A stretch of 64,000 nt of DNA from Desulfobulbaceae bacterium (lineage in GTDB: Bacteria; Desulfobacterota; Desulfobulbia; Desulfobulbales; Desulfocapsaceae), in assembly GCA_004796425.1 (NCBI GenBank), contig QZLB01000125.1:6834-70833 (forward strand), given 5' to 3'. Shown piece by piece: positions 45,014 through 55,765 of the stretch. Numbering within the stretch: position 1 is the stretch's first letter; every line of letters begins with the position of its first letter. The position numbers and the translations under genes are program-made. The notes below the pieces were generated by a model. It was not told the DNA's origin, ran no database searches, and worked only from the letters and a program-made list of their open reading frames with translations.

Positions 45014-45853
45014 ATGGCATTTTCGATGAGACACGCATGTACAGAGGACTTCATGCCGGCCAGAAAAACACAAAACCACCTGCTAACATTCTTATCGATC
45101 GATTTTCGACACATTGGTGCCTTGTTCTGTATTTTGGTCCTTTCGTCCCTGTTTGCTGGTCCCGCTCCTGGCTCGGCCGAAATGACAATAACACTCACCA
45201 TTTCGGGAATCGAGGGGGAGCAAACCCACCAGATTGCCAGAGAAATAATTGAAGAAGCATATGCCAGGATCGGTATTAGCGTTACCTTTCTGTTTGTCCC
45301 GGGTAAACGTTCACTTATGATGGCAAACAACGGCAGGGTTGATGGAGATTTGGCACGAATTCTCGGAACAGAAACCGTTTACGAGAATCTGTTACCGGTT
45401 CCCACCAGAGTTTTGGATTTTTCCGCCGTAGCATTTACAAAAAGGGCGGATATCACCGTCAACAACTGGCAAGAGCTGCAAGGATACCGGGTTGGTATTA
45501 TTAGAGGAATTCGTTATTCGGAGATCGGTACCCGGGGCATGAACCCTCGATATGCCGACAATATGCAACATTTGTTTCAGCTTCTTGATCAAGGAAGAGT
45601 CGATGTGGCAATTGCGACTATCCGAGCCGGTATGTCTGAGATTGCCGTTCATTATCCCCAGGGAGAAATTCACCAAGCAGGAGACGTGCTCCACACTGAA
45701 CCCCTGCACCACTTTTTGCACCGGAAACATAAGGAAATCATTCCGTTGCTGGACAATGCGCTCAATGAAATGACCCAAACGGGCATAATCAGGAAAATAG
45801 CAGAGGAAACGTTTCAGACCAGACTCGCGCCAAAGGAGGCTGATAACCCATGA
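45014..45853 (+). CDS. Periplasmic substrate-binding protein, family 3 (SBP_bac_3-like)
   Basis: Signal-like N-terminus. RVDGDLARI, GYRVGIIRGIRY and RVDVAIAT are typical of this fold. The start is uncertain (45053 also possible). Confidence 0.7.
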   Translation: MAFSMRHACTEDFMPARKTQNHLLTFLSIDFRHIGALFCILVLSSLFAGPAPGSAEMTITLTISGIEGEQTHQIAREIIEEAYARIGISVTFLFVPGKRSLMMANNGRVDGDLARILGTETVYENLLPVPTRVLDFSAVAFTKRADITVNNWQELQGYRVGIIRGIRYSEIGTRGMNPRYADNMQHLFQLLDQGRVDVAIATIRAGMSEIAVHYPQGEIHQAGDVLHTEPLHHFLHRKHKEIIPLLDNALNEMTQTGIIRKIAEETFQTRLAPKEADNP

Positions 45854-46245
45854 AATTAACGTATTCCTCATTGGTAGCCATGCTATTGCTCCTGGGTACT
45901 TTGACATTCTATCCATCAATCAGTTCCGCTGAAACGCTGAAGGTTGCGTTTGCCCATTGGTCACCATGGAAAATGATCACCGAAGATCATATAGATGGAA
46001 TTGATGCCTTATCAGGTATGAAATTGTCGTTAACTGTCATCTCAGCTTACTGGTTTCAACCAAAATTTCAGTCAGTCGTCCGATTACGCTGGAGGCACAG
46101 GCTCATGCATCGAAATGTCAAAAAACTCAACCAATATTCATTGACAATCCAGAGTCGAATCGTACTGGGACAAATGATAACCAATAAAGTAATCAATCAA
46201 ATCATTGACGATTTTTTATCGGACTGGAGTCTTGAGGCAGATTAG
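45850..46245 (+). pseudogene. Probable truncated or degenerate SBP_bac_3 paralog
   Basis: A good signal peptide plus the first ~35 mature residues (AETLKVAFAHWSPWKMITEDHIDGIDA) look like an SBP N-terminus. The remaining ~70 aa are basic, low-complexity-like, and far too short for the fold. Confidence 0.4.
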
Positions 46246-46273
46246 AGTAGCCAGGGACCGCACTCAATAATTG

Positions 46274-48595
46274 ATGGATATGGCACAAAACACACAATCC
46301 ATACGCACCAGATTTACCAGTGGTCTGATCGGGGCGATATCAATTTTGATCTTCCTTTTCTCCTGCGTATTTATCGGTTATGGAATTAAGGCCGTCGAAA
46401 CCCAGCTCCAAAAACAGCTCAACACCATCAACTCCTTTTCGCAAAAATCCCTTTCAATCGCACTGTGGCAGTATAATTACGACTATATCGAAAACTACCT
46501 GGAATCACTTTTCCTCTATGAAGATGTAGTCTACGCCGGAGTTCTTGACGGTGTGCTTTCCAGCAGCACACTGATTACTCAGAAAACCGTGCCAGATTTT
46601 CATGGTAAAACATTGGAATTCTTTTTGAACTCGGACCGATATATCACTTCAGAAATTTCGCTGGGATACAACGATGAGGAAATCGGCGTCCTCCAGGTGG
46701 TGCTTTCCAGGTCTCGTGTGATGAAGCTGGTTCTGGTGGTTGCAGTTGCCTCCATTTTCGTTTTGATCCTGGTGAACCTTGCAATATTTGGTATTACCTA
46801 TTCCCTTTCCTCGAGATATCTGTTTCGGCCTTTGCGCAAGCTGGAAAATTCCGTAAAAAGTATCGCTGCAGGCAACATGCACCACCCGATTGATGCCAGT
46901 GATAAAGGAGAGATTGGACAGCTGGCCATCTCCTTTCAGCATATGATGGAAAACCTGCAAAAGATGACGGCTTCCAGGGATGAACTTAACCAGGAGGTGA
47001 GTGCCCGGAAAAAATCGGAACAGAGAATTTCACGTCTTAACGACCTCAACGAGCGACTTCTGGGAAAAGAATCGTTTGGTAATAAGGCGGTGATGATCAC
47101 TCAAAGTGTCGTGGAATTGCTTTATGCTGATTTCTGCCGCATCTGGCTGCTCCAGGAAGGTGACCTTTGCACCTCCAGTTGCCTGTTCAAACAGACCTGT
47201 TACGGAGACATGCCCGTCACCAAGAAAACACGATGTCTGCAACTGGTAGCCAGTAGTGGTCGTTATACACATGTTGATGGGGTGCATGCCCGGGTGCCAC
47301 TGGGCAGCTATAAAATCGGCCAAATTGGATCCGGGGATTTAAAAAGTTTTATCACCAATGACGTTACCAGTGATGAGCGGATTCATGATCGGAAATGGGC
47401 AGAAGAACTCGGGCTTGTTTCATTCTGTGGAGTCAGGCTGCAAGGGCTCGAGGCCGAGACGGTCGGTGTCATCGCGATGTTCAGTCAGCACGCACTACCA
47501 GCCAATGATCAGGAACTTTTCCATAACCTGGCGGCAACAGCCTCTGATGTCATCCAAACGAAACTTGCCGAAGAGGAGCTGCTGGTAAGTGAAAAGAAGT
47601 TCAGGAACTTTTTTATCAATGCCGAAGTCGGAATGTTTCGGGCCAACCTCTCAGATGGCCTGATGATTGAAGCAAATGAGCAAATGGCGACGATTTTCGG
47701 TTACGACACCATTGCAGCATGCGTTGAGCTGTGCAGCCTTACCCGTCATTTTGTTGAACTTGCAGATTCGCCTGATATTTTCACCAAATCTCTTACCCAG
47801 AAGGGCAGCTTCAGCGGTCAGAACTTTGAGATAAAGACTCATAATGGTGAAAAAAAGTGGATTGACTTTTCAGCAGTTATTGCACAATCGCAGGTTCACT
47901 TTGAGGGCGTCGTCATTGATGTGACTGAAAAAAAACTGGCCGAAGAGCAATTGAAAGAATCCCTCGCAGAGAAAGAAATCTTATTCAAAGAAGTCCACCA
48001 TCGAGTGAAAAACAATATGCAGATAATTCAAAGCCTGCTCAGTCTCCAGTCAAGTCAGGTTAAGGATGACTATTATGCAAAATTGTTGGTTGATTCGAAC
48101 AATCGAATCAAATCGATGGCCCTGATACATGAAATACTGTATCAGGCTGATGACATCGCCAACTTTGATTTAAAAAGCTATTTTGAGCGTATTATTGCCA
48201 ATCTTGATCGTATTTACCGCTTGCCCGACACCATCATTTCTACCAAGATAACGGTACTCTCAGTCAATTTGGACATCGATCTTGCCATTGCCTGCGGACT
48301 GATCCTCAACGAACTGGTAACCAATTCATTTAAATATGGCTTTGCAAACCGGTCAACCGGGCAGTTAAGTGTTACGTTAACAAAGCAGGGCAGCCAGTTT
48401 TGTTTTATAATCTCGGACGATGGACCCGGATTATCGGATAAGCAGGATCTGCTCACCAGTGATAGCCTGGGTCTGAAAATTGTCAGACTTCTGGTTCAAG
48501 GCCAGCTCAAAGGATCTATTTCCGTAAAGCAATCGCCCGGCATGACTATTGAGATTAGTTTTGGAGATCGCTCGTCAGCCTTAGACTACCAATAA
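46274..48595 (+). CDS. Sensor histidine kinase (TM sensor region, HAMP, GAF, PAS, HisKA_2, HATPase_c)
   Basis: HAMP has IAAGNMHHPID...FQHMMENL. A GAF-like region is present. PAS has FRNFFINAEVGMFR. The HisKA_2 H-box is EVHHRVKNNMQII. The ATPase domain has LNELVTNSFKYGF and DDGPGL. Confidence 0.85.
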   Translation: MDMAQNTQSIRTRFTSGLIGAISILIFLFSCVFIGYGIKAVETQLQKQLNTINSFSQKSLSIALWQYNYDYIENYLESLFLYEDVVYAGVLDGVLSSSTLITQKTVPDFHGKTLEFFLNSDRYITSEISLGYNDEEIGVLQVVLSRSRVMKLVLVVAVASIFVLILVNLAIFGITYSLSSRYLFRPLRKLENSVKSIAAGNMHHPIDASDKGEIGQLAISFQHMMENLQKMTASRDELNQEVSARKKSEQRISRLNDLNERLLGKESFGNKAVMITQSVVELLYADFCRIWLLQEGDLCTSSCLFKQTCYGDMPVTKKTRCLQLVASSGRYTHVDGVHARVPLGSYKIGQIGSGDLKSFITNDVTSDERIHDRKWAEELGLVSFCGVRLQGLEAETVGVIAMFSQHALPANDQELFHNLAATASDVIQTKLAEEELLVSEKKFRNFFINAEVGMFRANLSDGLMIEANEQMATIFGYDTIAACVELCSLTRHFVELADSPDIFTKSLTQKGSFSGQNFEIKTHNGEKKWIDFSAVIAQSQVHFEGVVIDVTEKKLAEEQLKESLAEKEILFKEVHHRVKNNMQIIQSLLSLQSSQVKDDYYAKLLVDSNNRIKSMALIHEILYQADDIANFDLKSYFERIIANLDRIYRLPDTIISTKITVLSVNLDIDLAIACGLILNELVTNSFKYGFANRSTGQLSVTLTKQGSQFCFIISDDGPGLSDKQDLLTSDSLGLKIVRLLVQGQLKGSISVKQSPGMTIEISFGDRSSALDYQ

Positions 48596-48597
48596 CT

Positions 48598-50910
48598 ATG
48601 AGAAAACCACGCATACTCATTGTTGAAGACAATCCAATTGTCGCCGAAGATCTCAAAATAAAACTGTTGAATTTCGGTTACAGCATTTCGGGCGTTGCCA
48701 TGAGCGGCGAGGAAGCCCTCAACTCCACGGAAGCGCAAAGACCGGACCTCGCCCTGATGGACATTAATCTTGGCCAGGGCATCAGCGGCCTTGAAACTGC
48801 CATTTTGCTCAAGGAAAAATATGGGGTCTCTGTCATTTACCTGACAGCCCACGCAGACGAGCAGACCCTTGACAAAGCCAAGGAAAGTGAACCCTATGGT
48901 TTTATCGTCAAACCTTTTGATGACAACGATCTAAAATCGGTTCTAGAAGTAGCCATTCATAAAATGAAAGCTGATCTTCGATTGCGTGAAAGTCATCAAT
49001 GGTTGCAAACAACCCTGCTGAGTATCGCTGATGGCGTCATTGCCACCGATAATCAAGGTAATATTCGCTTTCTCAATAGTAAAGCAGAAGCCCTCACCGG
49101 CTGGGAAAGTGATGAGGCCGCCGGTCAGGCAATAGAAACCGTTTTCTGCAGTATTGATGAACAGAGCGGAAAAGTGCAGGAAAATCCGGTGAGAATGGTT
49201 TTACAAAGTGGTGGAGACCCGACACAGGAAAGTGAGTCAATTCTTTTGTCACGGCAAAATGTCCGCATACCAATAAAAACGACCAGCTCGCCAATCGTAC
49301 TGTCGACGGGGGAAACGATAGGTACGGTGCTGGTTATTAAGGACGATACAAGAGCGAGAGAGGCAAAAAAGGAACTCCTGCACCAAAAGCAACGCGCGGA
49401 AATGTATCTCAATTTAGCGGGGGTGATGTTTGTCGCCCTTGATACTCAGGGGTGCATTACGTTAGCTAATCAGAAGGCACGGGAAGTACTGGAAACTGAG
49501 GATGAAACTATCATCGGTCTGAACTGGTTTGAACATTTCATTCCCGAATATGAACAACGACAGTTTAAAGAGGCGTTTGTGAAAATAATCTCGGGTGAAA
49601 AGGCAGTAAACAGGTACTTTGAGAACCGGATTGTCTCCGCAAAAAAACGAGTGCGCCATATAGCCTGGAATAATACCATCCTGGAAGACGAGTCGGGAAA
49701 CAGCGTTGGCATGCTGAGCTCAGGTGAGGACATCACTGAAAAAATGCATTTACAAACCAGGCTCTACCAAGCGGAAAAAATGGAAGCTATCGGCACCCTT
49801 GCGGGTGGAATTGCACATGATTTCAACAATCTTCTCTCGTCAATACTGGGTTTTACCGAACTTTCCCTTGATATTGCAGAAACAGGGTCGGTGATGGAGG
49901 ATAATCTTGGAGAAGTAAAATCCGCTGGCCTTCGGGCAAAGGAAATCGTCTCACAGATCCTCAATTTCGCCAGACAGTCTGATACCTCCATACAGCCGGT
50001 TAATGTGGGTGAGATCGCCCAGGAGGCAATCAGGCTGATTCGCTCGACCCTACCCGCTAATATCAAACTGATCCAACATTTTAACAGCAATAGCATGGTG
50101 ATGGGGGTAGCCAGTCAGGTTCATCAGATTTTCATGAATCTGTGCTCCAACGCCATACACGCTTTGGAGAAAACAGGCGGGACACTGCAGGTTTCGGTCT
50201 CTGACCTGTACTTAACCAAAAACAATCTGCCTCCAGACACCTCACTGCTGGAAGGTCCTCATGTTTTCATTCGCATATCAGATAGCGGCTCCGGTATTGC
50301 TCAGGAAAATCTCCATACAATCTTTGAGCCCTATTTTACCACCAAGGGTGTGGGCAAAGGTACCGGACTCGGACTGTCAGTTGTCCATGGCATTATCCAG
50401 GAATACGGTGGAGCGATTCTTGTGGACAGCAAAGAGGATCGTGGCACCTCATTTTTGCTTTACTTACCCGCCAGGATCGAAGAGAACCAGGAGCTTCATA
50501 ACCAGCGTGATTCGATAGAGCCCGTTAAAGGAGGCAATGAGAAAATACTCTTCGTTGACGATGAGCGGGCTATCTGCAAGATGTCGGAAAATATACTTAC
50601 CAAAGCCGGATACTCGGTAACCTGCTGTTTAAACGGCGCTGAGGCAATTAAACTTGTACAGGCCAATCCCCATCACTATAACCTGCTCATCTCAGATATG
50701 ACAATGCCGGGTACCACGGGCGACAAACTTGCCGCAGAGCTGCTGAGAGTAGCACCTGATCTCAAGATTATCCTTTGCACGGGATATAGCTCACTTTTTG
50801 ACAGTGAAGCGCTGAAGAAGCTGGGTGTCAGCAAATGCATCTACAAACCGATTGAGCGCAAACTGCTGCTCAGCAGTGTTCGAGACGTATTGGATGAAAG
50901 TCGCGTGTGA
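48598..50910 (+). CDS. Hybrid histidine kinase: N-terminal REC, 2 PAS, HisKA, HATPase_c, C-terminal REC
   Basis: REC1 has ILIVEDN...LALMDINL...KP. H-box GGIAHDFNNLL, G-boxes DSGSGIA and GTGLGLSVVHGII. REC2 has ILFVDDE...LISDMTMP...KP. It starts 2 nt after the preceding kinase stop. Confidence 0.9.
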   Translation: MRKPRILIVEDNPIVAEDLKIKLLNFGYSISGVAMSGEEALNSTEAQRPDLALMDINLGQGISGLETAILLKEKYGVSVIYLTAHADEQTLDKAKESEPYGFIVKPFDDNDLKSVLEVAIHKMKADLRLRESHQWLQTTLLSIADGVIATDNQGNIRFLNSKAEALTGWESDEAAGQAIETVFCSIDEQSGKVQENPVRMVLQSGGDPTQESESILLSRQNVRIPIKTTSSPIVLSTGETIGTVLVIKDDTRAREAKKELLHQKQRAEMYLNLAGVMFVALDTQGCITLANQKAREVLETEDETIIGLNWFEHFIPEYEQRQFKEAFVKIISGEKAVNRYFENRIVSAKKRVRHIAWNNTILEDESGNSVGMLSSGEDITEKMHLQTRLYQAEKMEAIGTLAGGIAHDFNNLLSSILGFTELSLDIAETGSVMEDNLGEVKSAGLRAKEIVSQILNFARQSDTSIQPVNVGEIAQEAIRLIRSTLPANIKLIQHFNSNSMVMGVASQVHQIFMNLCSNAIHALEKTGGTLQVSVSDLYLTKNNLPPDTSLLEGPHVFIRISDSGSGIAQENLHTIFEPYFTTKGVGKGTGLGLSVVHGIIQEYGGAILVDSKEDRGTSFLLYLPARIEENQELHNQRDSIEPVKGGNEKILFVDDERAICKMSENILTKAGYSVTCCLNGAEAIKLVQANPHHYNLLISDMTMPGTTGDKLAAELLRVAPDLKIILCTGYSSLFDSEALKKLGVSKCIYKPIERKLLLSSVRDVLDESRV

Positions 50911-50926
50911 TCACAAACCTTCACGA

Positions 50927-51688
50927 ATGGGACCCAGGATGACCTATCGTTTACCGTTGATGATACTACTTGTTATAATCTTTTACGCCACGAGTACCAC
51001 GGGCCAGACGATTACGGCAAGTGGTCCTGTTTCAATCTGGCTGCACCAGAAAGACAATGTATTGGTTGGGCCAGTGGTTGACATGATACAAGGGATCACG
51101 GCTGAAGAAGGGTTTGCTATTAAAACCATGGTGTTACCGTGGGCACGGGCGATTGAGCAACTTAAAACGGGTGAGCTCGATATGATGATGGTAATTTTCA
51201 AAACAGCGGAACGGGAAAATTTTATGTATTTCTCAGACCCTTATATCTCTGTTCCGACCGTGGTTGCGGTACCCCGAGGTGCTTCTTTTTCCTTTTCATC
51301 ACTGGCTGATCTTAAGGGTAGAAAGGGGCTGAAAGTCCGCAATGACAGTATTTCTGATGAGTTTGCGGCCCTGGAATCGCAGCTCGATATCACCAAGGTT
51401 GTGTCCTTTGAGCAAATTGTAAAAATGTTGGCTAACAAACGCGGAGAGTATGCAGTCGTTCCCAAGTACGGTTTTCTTGTTGAGGCAAAAAGACTCGGAC
51501 TTGAGCATGAACTGGAGTTTTTACCGAAAACCATTGCTGAACGGACCATTCATATCGCATTATCAAAGAAATCCCCCCATTCTCATCTGGTGCCGATTAT
51601 CAATAAGAAAATCAGAGAAATGAAACAGAATGGTGAGATTGCTCAGATGATTAAAATCACCCTCGGCACAATCGAGAACCGTCAGTAG
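50927..51688 (+). CDS. Periplasmic substrate-binding protein, family 3 (SBP_bac_3-like)
   Basis: Signal peptide (MTYRLPLMILLVIIFYATSTTGQ), then PWARAIEQLKTGELDMM, FSDPY and GLKVRNDSISDEF. Start chosen downstream of the kinase stop. Confidence 0.75.
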   Translation: MGPRMTYRLPLMILLVIIFYATSTTGQTITASGPVSIWLHQKDNVLVGPVVDMIQGITAEEGFAIKTMVLPWARAIEQLKTGELDMMMVIFKTAERENFMYFSDPYISVPTVVAVPRGASFSFSSLADLKGRKGLKVRNDSISDEFAALESQLDITKVVSFEQIVKMLANKRGEYAVVPKYGFLVEAKRLGLEHELEFLPKTIAERTIHIALSKKSPHSHLVPIINKKIREMKQNGEIAQMIKITLGTIENRQ

Positions 51689-51710
51689 CACTGACCTATC
51701 CCTATCCTTT

Positions 51711-52562
51711 TTAGAGCACTGTAATCTCAATCTGGTGACCAAGTTGTGAATGTGCACCGGTTCCCCGAAAGGTACCGGTAACCGGTGCACAATTCTCCGG
51801 CCGGGCAGCAGCGACATACACAATATGCCGATCCGCCACAGCCAAACCATGGGTGGGATCAAATCCTTTCCAGCCGAAACCGGGCAGATAGACCTCCGCC
51901 CAGGCGTGAAGTTCCGCCTCCACCAGATCCGGGTCTCCCTCCTGACAACCCGAAACAAACCGGGCAGGAATACCCGCCTGCCTACAGAGAGCGATAAAGA
52001 CCAGGGTAGTGTCGCGACAGGCTCCCTGGCCAGAAGAAAGGGTATGGGCAACACTTTGAATTCCCGGCTCGTGCCGAATCACCCGGGCAATCTTCTCGTA
52101 TAAAAACGTATTCAGCTGGTTAAGAAAGATAAGAATTTTGTTTTCAGATTCTTTTTTCAGGTTTTCGGTAAGCTCAGAAACCAGAGTCTCATCAGCTCTT
52201 GATAATGAAAGCTCTGCCAGATAGGGGGTGAGCATTGCTATCTCCTGTGGAGGTAGCAAAACGGGGAACTGGTCACCGCAGGTCAGAAGTGAACCAAATG
52301 GATTACTATTCGTTGTGGTAATGGTGAATTCTGAGGCAATTTCAAGCGAATCGGTCAGGTTATCAAACCAGACCAGATGAAAGGGGTTGTTTTCCGCATC
52401 AAGCCCCATTGACAGACCTGCCGGCTCAGGCATTACTTTAAGCCCATAATCGGAGAGGAGCTGGTACGGGTCATTTCGGGGATAAAGCCGAATTACATGG
52501 GGTTCGAGAAAAACCGGTTGGGAGTACTTGTACCAGGTCCGTTGCCTAATCGTATATCTCAT
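51711..52562 (-). CDS. Transglutaminase-like cysteine protease-fold protein (Anbu operon member)
   Basis: N-terminal Bact_transglu_N-like region. Cys-His-Asp triad context: GACRDT, HAWAEVYLPGFGW.GFDPT. Confidence 0.85.
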   Translation of the reverse strand: MRYTIRQRTWYKYSQPVFLEPHVIRLYPRNDPYQLLSDYGLKVMPEPAGLSMGLDAENNPFHLVWFDNLTDSLEIASEFTITTTNSNPFGSLLTCGDQFPVLLPPQEIAMLTPYLAELSLSRADETLVSELTENLKKESENKILIFLNQLNTFLYEKIARVIRHEPGIQSVAHTLSSGQGACRDTTLVFIALCRQAGIPARFVSGCQEGDPDLVEAELHAWAEVYLPGFGWKGFDPTHGLAVADRHIVYVAAARPENCAPVTGTFRGTGAHSQLGHQIEITVL

Positions 52563-52565
52563 GCG

Positions 52566-53315
52566 TTACGGTCCATGTTTGCTGACTTTTTCGAGTTTAG
52601 AAGCAACATTTTCAATCCATTCGGAAGGCAGATCATGTACCAGCGTGCGAAGCCGCTCCTGCCACCACGCTGAAATATCCAGTAGATCTTCATACTCGTA
52701 TCGATGTTCCACCAACTCACCCGTATGCTGATTATAGAGCACAACATCAATGGGAAAATCAACATCGGAGGCACTGATTCGGGTGGAGTCGAAGGCCAGG
52801 CATCCGACTTTCAGAGCAAACAGCAGTGAATCGGAATGGACCAGTGTCCGATCAAGTACCGGTTTTCCGTAACCTCGTTCGCCAATGATGTAATAGGGAG
52901 TGTTTTTGGAAATCTCCACCCAGTTTCCTTCGGGGTAAACCAGATAGAGTTTATGGCTTTTATCCCTGGTCAGTTTGCCTCCGACCAGGGCATGAATATC
53001 GAAACCCAGCCCGCTATCGACCAGCGCCTGTTTATCTTCGCGCTTCACTTTACGGATTTGATCGGAGAGGTCGTTGACCACTTTATAAAGCCGGTCACAT
53101 TCATCGAGCAACCCGGCTTCAATATCTTCCTCAAAATAGGTCAGGGTTTTGTCCCTGACCGAGCGCAGCCCCGAGGTCATTATGAAAAACTCACCATTGG
53201 CTACCGACAGTGTTCTTATTTTACGGGCGGTAATTACCTCGTTACCCGAAGTAATCCGGGTATCCCCGATTCCAACCAACCCTTCTTCCACTGTAATTCC
53301 AAGACAGAAAGTCAT
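52566..53315 (-). CDS. Anbu (ancestral beta-subunit) proteasome-homolog Ntn hydrolase
   Basis: It starts MTFCLGI..GLVGIGDTRITSG with Thr directly after the initiator Met. GAGGAG SD. The operon context is canonical. Confidence 0.8.
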   Translation of the reverse strand: MTFCLGITVEEGLVGIGDTRITSGNEVITARKIRTLSVANGEFFIMTSGLRSVRDKTLTYFEEDIEAGLLDECDRLYKVVNDLSDQIRKVKREDKQALVDSGLGFDIHALVGGKLTRDKSHKLYLVYPEGNWVEISKNTPYYIIGERGYGKPVLDRTLVHSDSLLFALKVGCLAFDSTRISASDVDFPIDVVLYNQHTGELVEHRYEYEDLLDISAWWQERLRTLVHDLPSEWIENVASKLEKVSKHGP

Positions 53316-53326
53316 CGGCCTACTCC

Positions 53327-54307
53327 TCATTCTTCTATAAAATCGTTCTGGTGTGGCTCGGAAACCGCAAAAAAGGTTTTAAAAACCGCCTCATCGACCC
53401 GATTCATCTGTAATTGCAGGTGGTCGGTAAATTCATGCAAACCCAAAACAAAAATATCCTCGATACTCTGATAAGACAACTCCGCACACAATTGACCGAT
53501 CATTTTTTCCGCATCATTACCAAAGTAGCCGATCCGGGTTCCTGAAATTTCATGCAGAAACGACTGTGCCTCGGTCAAACAATATAGAACAGAACGGGGA
53601 AAATAATGATCCATCAACATGAACTCAGCCACACTAGTTGGATTGATGATACCAACCCGGTGCCGATAGGCTTGAAAACTTGACGTTGCTTTTAACATCG
53701 CTGCCCACTGCACCACATCAATAATGGTTCCAACATCCTGAAGGTGGGGTAACAGGACGAAATACTTCACATCGATGATCCGAGAGGTTTTATCAGCCCG
53801 CTCAAGCATTTTGCCCAGGTTGAAAAATAACCAAGCTTCATCATGGTCCATGGTATCCTGGGCCAGTCCACTGAGTGTGAGGTTACGTTTTTTTACCTCT
53901 TCACAAAACATGTATGGGTTCTCGAAAACAATACCCGGTTTTTTCGCCTCGCGTTCAATCTGATGGAAAAACACATTGATCATTTCCCACATTTCAATCG
54001 GGATCAGATCCCTTACGGCACGGGCATTTTCTCTTGCACTTTGCAAGCAGCAATAGATGGAATTGGGATAATCGGGGTCAATGGTCAAAAACCTGATCAC
54101 ATTATCTTTCGTATCATCATCATAACGCTGTTCAAACAGTTTCCGCTCTCCGGTCACAGAAACCAGTGCCGACCAATGGTTTTGCTGCATCATTGCGAGG
54201 TCGAGGGTCAAGTGCCAGTTGACATCGAGAAAGCGGGCAATGTTTTCCGCACGTTCAAGATAACGACTCATCCAGTAAAGCGAATCAGCAACACGACTCA
54301 GCATCAT
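53327..54307 (-). CDS. Alpha-E domain protein (DUF403)
   Basis: The N-terminal MLSRVADSLYWMSRYLERAENIARFLDVN is the typical alpha-E signature. Confidence 0.85.
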   Translation of the reverse strand: MMLSRVADSLYWMSRYLERAENIARFLDVNWHLTLDLAMMQQNHWSALVSVTGERKLFEQRYDDDTKDNVIRFLTIDPDYPNSIYCCLQSARENARAVRDLIPIEMWEMINVFFHQIEREAKKPGIVFENPYMFCEEVKKRNLTLSGLAQDTMDHDEAWLFFNLGKMLERADKTSRIIDVKYFVLLPHLQDVGTIIDVVQWAAMLKATSSFQAYRHRVGIINPTSVAEFMLMDHYFPRSVLYCLTEAQSFLHEISGTRIGYFGNDAEKMIGQLCAELSYQSIEDIFVLGLHEFTDHLQLQMNRVDEAVFKTFFAVSEPHQNDFIEE

Positions 54308-54319
54308 AAAACCCTTGCG

Positions 54320-55765
54320 TTATGTTTGGTCCGGCTCTGCAAGCACCCAGGTATCCTTGCTTCCCCCACCCTGCGAAGAATTCACCACCAGTGAATCCTT
54401 TTTCAATGCGACTCGGGTCAACCCCCCGGGTAGAATCTTGATCTCTTCTCCATATAAGATGTATGGTCTGAGATCAACATGACGCCCTTCAAAATGATCT
54501 CCTACAATCACCGGTGCCCGGGAAAGGTTGAGTGTTGGCTGGGCTATATAGTTTCGTGGGTTGGCTTTGATTTTCTCACCAAATGCTGCCTGTTCCTGCT
54601 TTGAAGAGGCGGGGCCAACCAACATTCCGTACCCGCCACTCTCATTGGCAGCCTTGACCACCAGCTGATCAAGATTCTCCAGGACATAACTGAGTTCTTT
54701 TTCTTTCCAGCACAAATAGGTCGGAACATTTTTTAGAATCGGCTCTTCATCGAGATAATATTTTATGATTTCAGGTATATAGGAATAAATCACCTTGTCG
54801 TCGGCAACACCTGTTCCCGGTGCATTGGCCAGGGTTACCTTTCCTGCCCGGTAAACCTCCATCAGTCCCGGCAAACCCAGAAGCGAGTCCGGTCGAAAAG
54901 TTTGAGGGTCAAGGTAATCCTCCCCAACCCGCCGATAAATCACATCGACCCGCTTGAGTCCGCGTGTCGTCCGCATCATCACATAGCCATCGTGAACCAC
55001 CAGATCCCTACCTTCCACCAGTTCAACGCCGGTCTGCATGGCCAGGTATGAGTGCTCATAATAAGCGGAATTAAACATCCCGGGTGTCAAGATAGCCGCA
55101 GTTACCGGTCCACCAGTTGACGGTGCGACCTGATGCATCATGTCAAGCAGCATAGTTGGGTAATCATCCACCGGCCGGATATTGATCTGTTCAAACACCA
55201 CAGGAAGGGTGCGCTTCAATATTCTGCGGTTTGCCAACACATAGGAGACGCCTGAAGGTGATCGCAGGTTATCTTCGAGCACAAAAAACTCCCCTTTTTC
55301 GTCGCGAACCAGGTCCGTACCGGTAATATGTGACCAGACACCATGGGGAGGATTTATACCCACACATTGGGGAAAAAAGCCTTCGGCAGAATGAATTAAT
55401 TCCGCAGGGACCAAACCGTCTTTGATGATCTTCTGGTTATGGTATATGTCATCGATGAAAAGATTCAGGGCGTAGATTCTCTGGGTGAGTCCTTTTTCAA
55501 GAAAATTCCAATCCTGGCTGGAAATAATCCGTGGCACAATGTCGAATGGGAAAATTTTCTCGGTCCCCTCTGAGTGGCCATATACGGTGAATGTAATACC
55601 AAGATCATAGAAGAATTGCTCAGCTGCCGCCTGCCGCGCTGCTATCTCGCCTGCCGGTAAAGATTCCAGTCGCTTCTGTAGCACCTGATAGCTGGGCCTG
55701 GTCTGCCCCTGTGAGGTGAACATTTCATCGTAAAATGCACCGGTGTCATATGCTGAGAAATCCAT
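54320..55765 (-). CDS. Circularly permuted type-2 ATP-grasp protein (DUF404/DUF407)
   Basis: YDEMF...G..RP.Y, TF.VYG......IFPFD..PRII, VLEDNLR.PSGVSY, and a C-terminal [17 protein letters not shown]. Start at MDFSAYD with a GAGG SD. Confidence 0.85.
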   Translation of the reverse strand: MDFSAYDTGAFYDEMFTSQGQTRPSYQVLQKRLESLPAGEIAARQAAAEQFFYDLGITFTVYGHSEGTEKIFPFDIVPRIISSQDWNFLEKGLTQRIYALNLFIDDIYHNQKIIKDGLVPAELIHSAEGFFPQCVGINPPHGVWSHITGTDLVRDEKGEFFVLEDNLRSPSGVSYVLANRRILKRTLPVVFEQINIRPVDDYPTMLLDMMHQVAPSTGGPVTAAILTPGMFNSAYYEHSYLAMQTGVELVEGRDLVVHDGYVMMRTTRGLKRVDVIYRRVGEDYLDPQTFRPDSLLGLPGLMEVYRAGKVTLANAPGTGVADDKVIYSYIPEIIKYYLDEEPILKNVPTYLCWKEKELSYVLENLDQLVVKAANESGGYGMLVGPASSKQEQAAFGEKIKANPRNYIAQPTLNLSRAPVIVGDHFEGRHVDLRPYILYGEEIKILPGGLTRVALKKDSLVVNSSQGGGSKDTWVLAEPDQT

